From the NCBI GenBank assembly GCA_963662315.1, contig OY759353.1, forward strand, positions 160,001 to 224,000: 64,000 nucleotides of DNA, in the 5' to 3' direction. Source of the stretch: Geopsychrobacteraceae bacterium (GTDB taxonomy: Bacteria; Desulfobacterota; Desulfuromonadia; Desulfuromonadales; Geopsychrobacteraceae). Positions 10,486 through 20,242 of this stretch are shown here, piece by piece. Within the stretch, counting starts at the first letter, position 1, and each line of letters starts with the position of its first letter. Under the pieces are notes generated by a model. It searched no databases and had not been told where the DNA came from. It saw only the letters and a list, made by a program, of their open reading frames with translations. Both the position numbers and the translations under genes were made by a program.

Positions 10486-11769
10486 TTATTCCAGGTCGCG
10501 AACTGCAGCCAGCAGTTTGTCCTTTGTCAGATTTTGTTTAATCGGCTGACCGAGCTTTTCGCTGCTTCGCTGATAGAGATCGAAAAGCGGAATACGTGTA
10601 CCATCCTCGGTTTTTTGTTGTTTCACAGTAACAATCCCGTAAGCGGACAGTTGGGGCTGCGAGCAGCTGTTGGGACAACCTGAGATCGCCCAGCTTTGCT
10701 CCTTGGCGGTCGGCGAAAGTGTCTCCTTGAGGAGCATTCCCAGTTCCCGTGTCGCGGCCAGGCCCATTTTACATTCATGACTGCCTGGGCAGGTACGCAG
10801 GCGAGCGGCAAAAGTCTCCTGTGCCGCGAAGTTTTTTGCTGCCAGCTCTAACCTTAGCGTATCGCCATAAGAGTGGTCAGTGATCGGCAGAGCAATATTC
10901 TGATTCGTCGTTGTTGCCAGGCGTCCGGCACTGAAGCGCTCAGCCAGATCAGCCAACTCGCTGAGCTTTGCTGCCGGTAGCTGACCGCCAAAAAACGGAA
11001 TTTCAATAAATTCTACATCATCCTCAAGCCGGGCTAAATCAACCTCTGGTAAGCTGGGCCGTGGGCGTTGGTTTAGCTCCAGCGCTAATAACCGACGAAA
11101 CTCTGCCTCTCCGATACTGTTGAGAAGGTGTTTAAGCCGTTTCGGTGGCGGCGTATTGTCCCGATAGACTTGAACGACAGCTTCGATGAGTTTCAGCACA
11201 TGGGGTTCCGGAACGTTTTCTTCAAGCAGGAAGCCGGGCTGTGGTTCTCGTCCCAGCCCCCCGGCGCACCAGATATCATAAAGCGGTTCTTGGCCAGCAG
11301 CGGTCAGAACGATGCCTAAATCCTGTATCAGATGCCGCCCTCCTTGATACGTCGCCTCGACGGAGATTTTGAATTTCTTCGGTAGCCTTTCAAAACTGGG
11401 ATTGCCGGCAAAATGCTGGTTCAGCCGTTCGGCCAGATACTGGACTCGGCCATATCCTGGTGCAAAAGTGGTACTGCATGATATCCCTCGAACAGCGCCG
11501 CCACAGGCTCCTTTAGTGGTCAGACCGACATTGTTAAGGCGGGCCAGAACAGCATCCAGCTGTTCCACTCTGAGATAGTGAAACTCAAAGCTGCCACGAC
11601 TGGTCAGGTGCAGAACTCCGCGGCCGTAATTGTCACTGATAGCCGCAATTTCACGCGCCTGCACAGCGGACAGCAGCCCACCCGGGATCTTGACCCTCAC
11701 CATCAGATCCTCAGGATTTTTCTGTTGATAAATCCCCAAAAGGCGTAGTTTCTGGAAATCGATAGACAT
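10486..11769 (-). CDS. Ferredoxin-dependent sulfite reductase (siroheme, [4Fe-4S])
   Basis: MVRVKIPGG, LTSRG, LPKKFK, TTNQN, CPGSHEC and SGCPNSC ligand motifs; located in the cys operon. Confidence 0.85.
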   Translation of the reverse strand: MSIDFQKLRLLGIYQQKNPEDLMVRVKIPGGLLSAVQAREIAAISDNYGRGVLHLTSRGSFEFHYLRVEQLDAVLARLNNVGLTTKGACGGAVRGISCSTTFAPGYGRVQYLAERLNQHFAGNPSFERLPKKFKISVEATYQGGRHLIQDLGIVLTAAGQEPLYDIWCAGGLGREPQPGFLLEENVPEPHVLKLIEAVVQVYRDNTPPPKRLKHLLNSIGEAEFRRLLALELNQRPRPSLPEVDLARLEDDVEFIEIPFFGGQLPAAKLSELADLAERFSAGRLATTTNQNIALPITDHSYGDTLRLELAAKNFAAQETFAARLRTCPGSHECKMGLAATRELGMLLKETLSPTAKEQSWAISGCPNSCSQPQLSAYGIVTVKQQKTEDGTRIPLFDLYQRSSEKLGQPIKQNLTKDKLLAAVRDLE

Positions 11770-11843
11770 ATTCTCTTTCTACTTTCTGTGTCCCTGGGAC
11801 GACTTTAAGAAGGGGTTGTAAAACCCTGATAAAATGTAACGAA

Positions 11844-13556
11844 TCATAACCGTTGGCTCTGCAACACCTGCGACACCAGTTCCTGCGGCTCAGCATCAGG
11901 TGTTGCCTTAACGGCAACCACACGCTCAGTGCTGGAGACTTGTGCCGGGAGAGGAACCTCTGCGGCAACCAGAACGATAAGGCCAGCCTGGGCACAGATC
12001 TCTGCAACGGCCAAAGCCCGGCGCCAGATCTCGTTACTGTTCTTTTGTAAATCCCCAATATCTCGGTTCAGCTCTGCCATGCTGTTACTTTCAAGCAGGT
12101 GAGTGTGTAGTCCGTAGGCGTGTAAAGCCGCTTCGATGGCGGCAACCTGGGCTGGCGCTAGTCCGTTAAACCAAAGAATCTTCGCCTGCTGCCCCTTTTT
12201 GAGGGCACGTTCGGCAGTGCTGATCGCTTCCTTCCGATCATGTTGAAGCCGATCCAATGGTTTGTCGATCATCCCTGCTGCCAGGGTGGCGTTGGTCAAA
12301 CGGTCGATGAGGATAAAATTGCCACTGGCACGGTTGGCTATGTAGCTGTCACAGGACAGCTCACGGTCGAGTGCCAACACACAACTGCCGACCTCGTTCA
12401 TTGTAAGGGTCTGACCACTTTCCTGTTTAAGACTGTTGATGTTGTCCTTGGAACACAGGTGTTCAATTCGAACCGGTACCGTTGCCGCACCGGCTTTGAG
12501 TAGATAGCTATGCCCCAACTGCAGCGGCTGTTCATGCAGCCAGGCCAGCCTGGCTTGGTAATGATCGCTGTGGTGAGGCAAGTGCCCCGGTGTTGCCAGC
12601 AGATCACCACGACTGATGTCGATCTCATCGCTTAAAGTCAGGGTAACGGCTTGTCCGGCAACCGCCTGGGTGAGATCACCATCAAAGGTGACGATCCGCT
12701 CAACCCGGCTAGTGATTCCGGAGCCACTGACCACGATTTCATCCCCAGGATGCAGGGTCCCAGAACTTATGGTTCCACAGAAACCGCGGAATTCATGGTT
12801 GGGCCGATTGACCCACTGAACGCGCATGCGAAAGGGCTGCACTGCTGCATCGTCACTGACCTGGACAGTTTCCAGAAACTCAAGTAGCGATGGGCCATGG
12901 TACCAGGGGGTCTTATTGCTGCTTTCGATGACATTTTCCCCGTTCAGAGCGGAAAGAGGAATAGCGGTAATCTGCTCAAAACCCAGGCGAGCGACAAACT
13001 GTTGGTATTCTTTACGAATCAGCTCGAAGCGGGAAGCGCTGTAGTCGACCAGGTCCATTTTGTTAACAGCCAGGACGATATGGCGAATGCCGAGCAGTGA
13101 AGCGAGGAAGCTGTGGCGCCGACTTTGAACCTGCAGTCCTTTGCGGGCATCGACCAATATGATAGCCAGTTGGGCGGTTGAAGCACCGGTGACCATGTTA
13201 CGTGTGTACTGTTCATGACCCGGCGTGTCGGCGACGATGAACTTGCGTCGGTCCGTAGAGAAGAAACGATAGGCTACGTCAATGGTAATTCCCTGCTCGC
13301 GCTCGGCCTGCAGGCCATCGAGGAGTAAGGCGTAATCAACGTTGCCATTCTGGGTCCCCACCTTTTTACTGTCAGCTTCAATCGCGGCCAGTTGATCCTC
13401 GAAAATCATTTTCGAATCCCACAGCAACCGGCCGATCAGGGTGCTTTTTCCGTCATCGACACTGCCACAGGTGATAAAGCGCAGCAGCGATTTTTCCTCC
13501 TGATGTTTCAGGTACGCATGAATATCTTCAGCAATCATGTCTGATTGGTGAGCCAT
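11844..13556 (-). CDS. cysN: Sulfate adenylyltransferase large subunit with degenerate C-terminal APS kinase remnant
   Basis: GSVDDGKST, EREQGITID, DTPGH, NKMD GTPase motifs; FILIDR; CysC-like tail lacks a P-loop. Confidence 0.93.
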   Translation of the reverse strand: MAHQSDMIAEDIHAYLKHQEEKSLLRFITCGSVDDGKSTLIGRLLWDSKMIFEDQLAAIEADSKKVGTQNGNVDYALLLDGLQAEREQGITIDVAYRFFSTDRRKFIVADTPGHEQYTRNMVTGASTAQLAIILVDARKGLQVQSRRHSFLASLLGIRHIVLAVNKMDLVDYSASRFELIRKEYQQFVARLGFEQITAIPLSALNGENVIESSNKTPWYHGPSLLEFLETVQVSDDAAVQPFRMRVQWVNRPNHEFRGFCGTISSGTLHPGDEIVVSGSGITSRVERIVTFDGDLTQAVAGQAVTLTLSDEIDISRGDLLATPGHLPHHSDHYQARLAWLHEQPLQLGHSYLLKAGAATVPVRIEHLCSKDNINSLKQESGQTLTMNEVGSCVLALDRELSCDSYIANRASGNFILIDRLTNATLAAGMIDKPLDRLQHDRKEAISTAERALKKGQQAKILWFNGLAPAQVAAIEAALHAYGLHTHLLESNSMAELNRDIGDLQKNSNEIWRRALAVAEICAQAGLIVLVAAEVPLPAQVSSTERVVAVKATPDAEPQELVSQVLQSQRL

Positions 13557-13578
13557 AAACCTTAATCCTTTTTATTGA

Positions 13579-14529
13579 TCAGAAGTAACCTTCTTGTTTT
13601 TTCTTTTCCATGGAGCCCGCCTGATCATGATCGATCAGGCGGCCTTGGCGTTCACTGCTGCGGGTCAGCAGCATCTCCTGAATGATCTCCGGCAGAGTTG
13701 CTGCCGTAGATTCCACCGCCCCGGTCAGGGGGTAGCAGCCCAGGGTTCTGAAGCGCACCGAACGCTGTTGGATCTGTTCTCCGGGACGTAGGGGCAAACG
13801 CTCATCATCGACCATGATCAGCATTCCGTCCCGTTCGACCACCGGCCGTTCTTTGGCGTAGTAAAGTGGCACGATCGGAATCTTCTCCAGGTAGATGTAT
13901 TGCCAGATATCAAGCTCTGTCCAGTTGGACAGTGGAAAAGTGCGAATACTTTCCCCTTTCTGGACCCGGGTGTTATAGATATTCCACAACTCAGGGCGCT
14001 GGTTTTTGGGATCCCAACGATGGCTCTTGTTGCGAAAAGAAAAGATGCGTTCCTTGGCCCGCGATTTCTCTTCGTCGCGGCGAGCGCCGCCAAAAGCTGC
14101 ATCAAAACCGTATTTATCGAGCGCCTGTTTGAGCCCTTCGGTCTTCATGATATCGGTATAATGTCCTGAACCATGGGCAAAGGGGTTGATTCCCCTGCGA
14201 ACACCGTCTTCATTGATATGAACCAATAAATCAAAACCGTACTCACCTACTATGTGATCGCGAAACTCAATCATTTCACGAAACTTCCAAGTGGTGTCGA
14301 CATGAAGAAGCGGAAAGGGAGGTCGTGCCGGGTAAAAGGCTTTGCGGGCCAGATGCAACATTACGGCGGAATCTTTGCCGATGGAATAGAGCATGACCGG
14401 ATTTTGAAACTCGGCAGCCACCTCACGGATAATATGAATGCTTTCGGCTTCCAGTTGACGTAAGTGGGTCAGCTGTACCGTCGCTGCAGCCGCTTCGCCA
14501 GTAACAGAATTATTGACTGATGACATCAT
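13579..14529 (-). CDS. cysD: Sulfate adenylyltransferase small subunit
   Basis: [48 protein letters not shown]. Confidence 0.96.
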   Translation of the reverse strand: MMSSVNNSVTGEAAAATVQLTHLRQLEAESIHIIREVAAEFQNPVMLYSIGKDSAVMLHLARKAFYPARPPFPLLHVDTTWKFREMIEFRDHIVGEYGFDLLVHINEDGVRRGINPFAHGSGHYTDIMKTEGLKQALDKYGFDAAFGGARRDEEKSRAKERIFSFRNKSHRWDPKNQRPELWNIYNTRVQKGESIRTFPLSNWTELDIWQYIYLEKIPIVPLYYAKERPVVERDGMLIMVDDERLPLRPGEQIQQRSVRFRTLGCYPLTGAVESTAATLPEIIQEMLLTRSSERQGRLIDHDQAGSMEKKKQEGYF

Positions 14530-14553
14530 AAACAACTCCTCCTTAAGATCTGA

Positions 14554-15246
14554 TTAACGACGGTGCAAACCACACTCACGATGTTCCGGATTTTCCCACC
14601 ACCAGCGTCCGGAACGTTCCGATTCTCCTTCACGGACAGGGCGGGTACAGGGGGCACATCCGATCGACAGATATCCCTGCTTATAGAGTTGGTTGATTGG
14701 CAACTGCCGCTTTCTGGCATAATCCCAGACCTGATCACTGCTCCAGAATGTCAGAGGGTTTATCTTGATCAGCCCACCGTTAACCTTATCGATCTCAAGC
14801 GGTTGCAGTTCATTGCGGGTAACACTTTGACTGCGGCGCATCCCTGTTATCCATCCGTCAGCCCCTGCCAGAGCCCTGCTTAACGGCTCAACCTTGCGAA
14901 TGGCGCAACATTCTTTGCGCTTGCTCAGGCTCTCTTGAAAAGAAAACAATCCCTTGTCACTTGCCAATTTTTCAACCGCGTCTCTCTGAGGGAAATACCA
15001 GTCAATTTTGAGTTGGTACTTCATGCTCAACGCTTCGGCGACGACATAGGTTTCTTCGGGCAGCCGGCCTGTGTCGATGGCAAAAACTGAAAACCGGTCG
15101 TGTTGTTTACGGAGAAGATCGATGATGACAACGTCTTCAATACTGAATGAACACGCCAGTCTGATATCTTGGCCCGCTGCGGTCCGTCCGGCCGCGAAGA
15201 TTTCTTCTGGCGTGTCAGTGGCAGATAATAATGCGAGATCTCTCAT
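14554..15246 (-). CDS. cysH: APS reductase ([4Fe-4S]-type CysH)
   Basis: DTGRL, CCAIRKVEPL, SIGCAPCT, ECGLH. Confidence 0.93.
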   Translation of the reverse strand: MRDLALLSATDTPEEIFAAGRTAAGQDIRLACSFSIEDVVIIDLLRKQHDRFSVFAIDTGRLPEETYVVAEALSMKYQLKIDWYFPQRDAVEKLASDKGLFSFQESLSKRKECCAIRKVEPLSRALAGADGWITGMRRSQSVTRNELQPLEIDKVNGGLIKINPLTFWSSDQVWDYARKRQLPINQLYKQGYLSIGCAPCTRPVREGESERSGRWWWENPEHRECGLHRR

Positions 15247-15274
15247 ACGTTTGTTGCTCCATGTTCCGATATTG

Positions 15275-15499
15275 TTAAATCATGTATTCGGGTTGTTTCT
15301 CTTCAAGACCATAGCGAATACGATTCCACATCCGTTCATGTGCGAAATAAATAAAAAATTTCAGCGATGTATCTGCCAAACCGATGGTGGCGGCAAACGT
15401 CCCCTCGCCGGTTAATAGCAGTACCAATAGCGATGTGATGATAGTGGCAATAAAGCGCCAGGAAATGGCCTTCATAATGCTGCGTTTTTTTGTCTCCAT
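15275..15499 (-). CDS. DUF2061-family small membrane protein
   Basis: RSIMKAISWR...YFAHERMW pattern; heads the cys operon. Confidence 0.8.
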   Translation of the reverse strand: METKKRSIMKAISWRFIATIITSLLVLLLTGEGTFAATIGLADTSLKFFIYFAHERMWNRIRYGLEEKQPEYMI

Positions 15500-15535
15500 A
15501 TTGTTCACCAAATAGATAAAGTAAGAGTTGAAGGG

Positions 15536-15579
15536 AAAATATATATACGCATCATTTAAGTCAAGAAATAATTTCTTGA
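15536..15579 (-). promoter_or_regulatory. Sigma-70-type promoter of the cys operon with an overlapping palindromic operator
   Basis: Minus strand TTGACT-17 bp-TATTTT (15564-15536); perfect palindrome TCAAGAAAT-A-ATTTCTTGA (15561-15579) overlaps the -35 box. Confidence 0.55.
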
Positions 15580-16010
15580 ATATCATTGCTTAGATGTAGA
15601 AAGCGGTACTGATGTTCTCTTATTGAATTCAAGAAGGAAGGGACCCTTTACAAAGCATTCAAAATTCTTGGCATAGGCAGTCTCTTTTAAAAAACTAAAA
15701 ACTCAATCTAAAGGGGAGGGCTGAATGAAAAACATTTTCCTATACTTGTTGGTCTGTTAAGGGGGTTGGGCGCGGAAAGTTGCCGCAGCTGTTCTTAGAA
15801 CCTCTTGCTTCAGGTAGGACGTGGGTAACGGGGGTGGGCGGACTTGGCCAAGGTTGATAACTTCCGAATTGCCTCAACACGGCTTAAGGCCCAAGGTTTT
15901 GGCTAAGAGCATCCCATTGCCGACAACGAAACAGGGGCAAATGACCGGCGGGTTAAAGATGTCTGTGATGTAGGAAAATAGACTCTGAAGTCTGCTTGTG
16001 AAAAAGATCA

Positions 16011-16048
16011 GTTGCTATTAAGGGCTCTAAAGCGCCCTTAATAGCAAC
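16011..16048 (-). terminator. Hairpin downstream of the hydrolase gene
   Basis: GTTGCTATTAAGGGC...GCCCTTAATAGCAAC, 15-bp stem 14 bp after the stop codon. Confidence 0.65.
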
Positions 16049-16062
16049 CTTATGATTATGAT

Positions 16063-16968
16063 TTATTGCGAAATCAGCTGTTTTTTGAAAAAATCCAGTG
16101 TCCGGTTCCAGGCCAGCTCAGCTGCGACTTTGTTATAGCGTCCCGTGGAATCATTGTGAAAACCGTGGTTCACGTCGGGGTAGATAAAGGCTTCGTAGGG
16201 AACATTATTGGCTTTAAGCAGTGCTTCGTAATCCGGCCAGGTGGCATTAACCCGTTTATCCAGCTCGGCAAAATGCATGAGGAGCGGTCCTTTAACCTGT
16301 GGTCGTAGCGCTTCTGCTGCGGGCGTTCCATAGAAGGGGACCCCTGCATTAAGGTCTTCCGGAATCGTGGCCGCCAGCATGTTGACAATATAGCCTCCAA
16401 AGCAGAATCCGACCGCACCAAGTTTACCGTTCCCCTGGGGATGCTTCTTGATAAAACGAGCCGCAGCGATGAAATCTTCCTCAATTTTGGCTTTATCCAT
16501 ACTGGCCTGCAGTGCCCGCCCGTCATCATCATTGCCGGGATAGCCCCCCAGCGGATAAAGAATATCCGGTGCAAAGGCGATGAATCCTTGTTTTGCCAGG
16601 CGCCGGGCGACATCCTTGATGTAGGGATTGAGACCACGGTTTTCATGAATTACCAGCACGGTTGGTAATGGTGCGCTTATCTCTTTCGGAGTGACCAGAT
16701 ATCCCTGGCCTGTGCCATGCCCCTTGGGTGACTCGAATTTCATGTAGTTGGCTTTGATGGTCGAGTCATTAAAATTAACCTGCTCGGCGAGAGCATAGTC
16801 GGGAAGCAGCGCCGAGGTGAGCATGCTCATGCTGAAACCAACGGCCGCAAGGGTGGCCAGCCTCTGCATGAACTCACGGCGGTCAATAATACCGTGGGCA
16901 TATTCATCATACCAATCAAAAGCTTCCTGGGGAATTTCACGGTACGGCGGCGCTGGGATCGTTGACAT
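16063..16968 (-). CDS. Dienelactone hydrolase family protein (YghX-like)
   Basis: YDEYAHG..DRREFM N-terminus, HENRGL, GFCFGG nucleophile elbow, HGFHND. Confidence 0.9.
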   Translation of the reverse strand: MSTIPAPPYREIPQEAFDWYDEYAHGIIDRREFMQRLATLAAVGFSMSMLTSALLPDYALAEQVNFNDSTIKANYMKFESPKGHGTGQGYLVTPKEISAPLPTVLVIHENRGLNPYIKDVARRLAKQGFIAFAPDILYPLGGYPGNDDDGRALQASMDKAKIEEDFIAAARFIKKHPQGNGKLGAVGFCFGGYIVNMLAATIPEDLNAGVPFYGTPAAEALRPQVKGPLLMHFAELDKRVNATWPDYEALLKANNVPYEAFIYPDVNHGFHNDSTGRYNKVAAELAWNRTLDFFKKQLISQ

Positions 16969-17096
16969 TTTATGGCTCCTTTTGGTCAGGGACTCTTGTT
17001 AATAAGCTCCATCTGAATGCCAAGTAATTGTATCTCCGAAAGATTTCCCGGATCAAGAGGGGAGGGCTTTTTACTGTTCTGTGACCCGCAATACTA

Positions 17097-17879
17097 CTAT
17101 ACGGGTCCTGTGACTCTGGCTAAAGCGTTTAAAGACTTTTCCAGACAGCATTGACTGAAAATTTCCAGTGAAACAGGGATTTTTTCGGTGGAAGAGCGTG
17201 CATCGAGAGCTGTCAAAAAACGCTGCAAACTCTTGCAATCAATCAGGTGCAGACCTTTATGATCCTGCTGCTCACTAAACCCATGAAGATGAAAACTCAC
17301 GGCCCGGGGCAGGATCTCTTCCAGATAATAATCTTCGTTTAAGGCTCCGAACCAGACATGTCCCATATCGAGTGTGACGGCAAAACCAGTCTGATCGAGG
17401 ATTGGTACGATCGGTTCATAGGCGAACCCGAGAGTTTCTATCCCTATGCGGGACGGATCAGCACCATTCATTTTTAATTCTTCCAGAGACAAGATACAGG
17501 CATCCTGCCATGAGGCATCAGGGGGCTGGTTCATGTAGTTCTGTTCAAGGTGGAGATCCCAGGCTAATGGCTTAAGCGAGAGTGTTGCATCGATGGCACG
17601 CAGAACGGCGTCAACTCCTTCTTTGCGCTTATTGTTATCCGGACTTCCGAGCTTGAGTCCAATGGGTAGATGCACCGAATAAGTCAGATCAAACTCGTCG
17701 GCAATGTCCAAAAGCTCGATGGTTAGGCTGGTTTCGGAGGGCGTGGCAATGGCTCCGTTTTCGTAAGTGAATAATTCAATGTGATCAACCTTACTCTTGA
17801 GGAAATGGATATTGGTCAGCATATCTTCGTTAAGAATGAAGCAGGTTGTGCCTAAGCGGAAAGGGAAATGATTTTTCAT
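17097..17879 (-). CDS. TIM-barrel metal-dependent enzyme, cobamide-remodelling phosphodiesterase CbiR-like
   Basis: PFRLGTT N-terminus, VHLP, LHL, IE, LDMGH, HLHG...DH, LEIF of the AP-endonuclease-2 fold; CbiR call from recalled family pattern. Confidence 0.6.
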   Translation of the reverse strand: MKNHFPFRLGTTCFILNEDMLTNIHFLKSKVDHIELFTYENGAIATPSETSLTIELLDIADEFDLTYSVHLPIGLKLGSPDNNKRKEGVDAVLRAIDATLSLKPLAWDLHLEQNYMNQPPDASWQDACILSLEELKMNGADPSRIGIETLGFAYEPIVPILDQTGFAVTLDMGHVWFGALNEDYYLEEILPRAVSFHLHGFSEQQDHKGLHLIDCKSLQRFLTALDARSSTEKIPVSLEIFSQCCLEKSLNALARVTGPV

Positions 17880-18133
17880 AAAAGTGACTTTTCTGTCGTT
17901 TCCGTTGCAGTCGTTTCCGGAGCCGTGTCAATGAGAAATATGGCCTTGCCCATAGTGGTATCGTTCATAGACATCATGTAATAATACTTAAATCAAAATT
18001 ATTTAGCAGAAATTTCGTTTTTCTTTTTTAAAACGTTTAAGTCTGTGAACCCATTCAGATCATCCGTAAGTGTCTGTGGCTTTGTTATAATGAGACAGCT
18101 AATTCGTCATAATCAGGTAAAGGGAAAAAATTT

Positions 18134-20242
18134 ATGAATCTGCGTAATACTCGTACCCTTCTCCTCAATGAAGGGTCAGTAGAGGATAAGCGTTTAGAAA
18201 TACTTGATTATTTTCACAAGTCTTTCTCGATCGATGAACAGCTTTACGACACTCTTGCTCATGATGATGCGTTCTATCTGCGTGCAGAGCCGCTACGCCA
18301 CCCGCTAATCTTTTATTTGGGGCATACGGCGGTTTTTTACATTAACAAGCTGGTCGTCGCCAAAATCATTGAAAAGCGCATTAATCCTCACTACGAGGCG
18401 ATGTTTGCCATCGGTGTTGATGAGATGTCATGGGACGATCTGAACGATGAAAACTATGATTGGCCAAGTGTCGCCGAAGTCAAGGCCTACCGAGACCAGG
18501 TGCGTGCTCTTGTTGATCAGGTGATCAAGACACTTCCTCTTTCATTGCCTATCGATTGGGAGAACCCTTTTTGGGCCATCATGATGGGGATCGAACATTC
18601 GCGCATCCACCTGGAAACATCTTCCGTGATTATTCGTCGTTTACCTCTTGATCACGTGCGTCCGTTGCCGCTCTGGAAAATTTGCGAAGAAACGGGACCA
18701 GCCCCGCACAATCAGCTTCTGCCCGTTGCTGGTGGCAACGTCATTCTCGGCAAAAAGAAAGACCATGCACTTTATGGCTGGGATAATGAATATGGTCACC
18801 ATCAGTTTCATGTGGATGATTTTCAGGCCGCTAAATACCTGGTTTCAAATCAGGAGTTCAAGCAGTTTGTTGTGGCAGGCGGTTATCAAAATGGCCGTTG
18901 GTGGCCTGATGAGGGCAGGCGTTGGCTGGAGTTCAGTAAGGCAGAACAGCCACTTTTCTGGGTCAAGGATGGCTCCGGTTATCGCTTGCGGACCATGGCC
19001 CAGGAAATCCCCATGCCCTGGGACTGGCCGGTTGAGGTGAACTACCTTGAAGCCAAAGCTTTCTGCAACTGGAAGGCCGGGGAGTGTGGCCTGCCGATCC
19101 GTTTGCCTACCGAGGACGAATGGCACCGGCTGCATGATCTGCATGATATCCCTGATCAGCCCTACTGGGAACGAGCGCCAGGGAATATTAACCTCGAATT
19201 CTGGGCCTCTTCCTGTCCGGTGAACCATTTTTCTTTTGGTGATTTCTATGATCTGATCGGTAATGTCTGGCAGTGGACCGAGACACCGATCAGCGGTTTT
19301 ACGGGGTTTGAAGTCCACCCATGGTATGACGATTTTTCCACCCCTACATTTGATACCCAGCACAATTTGATCAAAGGGGGGGCGTGGATATCCACCGGCA
19401 ACGAGGCCACCAGAGATTCACGTTACGCGTTTCGCAGGCACTTCTTCCAGCATGCCGGGTTCCGCTATGTTGCCGCCGAGCAGGAATTGGAAACCATAGA
19501 AGCGATGTACGAAACGGACGATTCCGTGGCCCAGTATTGCGATGCTCATTTTGGACCGGAAAAATTCAGTGTGGCAAACTTTCCGGCGCAGTTGGTGAAA
19601 ATCAGTCTCAAAGCCATGGCAGATCGACCCAAAGCTCGTGCCCTTGATCTTGGCTGCGCGGTCGGTCGGGCCAGTTTCGAATTGGCCAAATATTTTGATG
19701 TTGTCACAGGTATCGACTTCTCAGCGCGCTTTATTCGTATTGCCCACCAGTTGCAAGAAAAGGGCGTTGCCCATTACCAGCTACCGGAAGAAGGTGAGAT
19801 CGTCTCCTTTCACGAGGTGCGACTGAGTGATTTGGGTCTCGCCGGGCATGATGGCAAAATTGAGTTTTTGCAAGGGGACGCGCATAACCTGAAGCCGCAG
19901 TTTAAAGACTACGACCTGGTTCTGGCAGGAAACCTGCTTGATCGGCTCTATGATCCGGCGCAGTTCCTGGCCTCTATTCATGAGCGGATGCGACCTGGGG
20001 GACTGCTGGTCATCGCTTCGCCCTATACGTGGCTGGAAGAGTTTACCAAAAAGGAAAACTGGCTGGGCGGAATCCGCATCGCCGGTGAGCCATTCAGTAC
20101 TCTGGATGGTCTCAATGAGCAACTTGGCAGCCATTTCCGTTTGCTTGAAGAACCTCACGATGTGGAGTTCGTGATCCGCGAAACGGCACGTAAATTTCAA
20201 CACACGATTTCACAGGTGACTATCTGGGAGAGGTATTCCTGA
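18134..20242 (+). CDS. ovoA: 5-histidylcysteine sulfoxide synthase / methyltransferase (ovothiol biosynthesis)
   Basis: LRHPLIFYLGHT, GVDEMSWDD, HSRIHLE (HX3HXE), FGE-sulfatase domain (GNVWQW), C-terminal SAM methyltransferase (DLGCAVG). Confidence 0.95.
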   Translation: MNLRNTRTLLLNEGSVEDKRLEILDYFHKSFSIDEQLYDTLAHDDAFYLRAEPLRHPLIFYLGHTAVFYINKLVVAKIIEKRINPHYEAMFAIGVDEMSWDDLNDENYDWPSVAEVKAYRDQVRALVDQVIKTLPLSLPIDWENPFWAIMMGIEHSRIHLETSSVIIRRLPLDHVRPLPLWKICEETGPAPHNQLLPVAGGNVILGKKKDHALYGWDNEYGHHQFHVDDFQAAKYLVSNQEFKQFVVAGGYQNGRWWPDEGRRWLEFSKAEQPLFWVKDGSGYRLRTMAQEIPMPWDWPVEVNYLEAKAFCNWKAGECGLPIRLPTEDEWHRLHDLHDIPDQPYWERAPGNINLEFWASSCPVNHFSFGDFYDLIGNVWQWTETPISGFTGFEVHPWYDDFSTPTFDTQHNLIKGGAWISTGNEATRDSRYAFRRHFFQHAGFRYVAAEQELETIEAMYETDDSVAQYCDAHFGPEKFSVANFPAQLVKISLKAMADRPKARALDLGCAVGRASFELAKYFDVVTGIDFSARFIRIAHQLQEKGVAHYQLPEEGEIVSFHEVRLSDLGLAGHDGKIEFLQGDAHNLKPQFKDYDLVLAGNLLDRLYDPAQFLASIHERMRPGGLLVIASPYTWLEEFTKKENWLGGIRIAGEPFSTLDGLNEQLGSHFRLLEEPHDVEFVIRETARKFQHTISQVTIWERYS

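Noticed and set aside
15600..16010. Possible SAM or other riboswitch upstream of the cys operon
   Set aside because: No conserved riboswitch core recognised by eye; an Infernal/Rfam scan would be needed.
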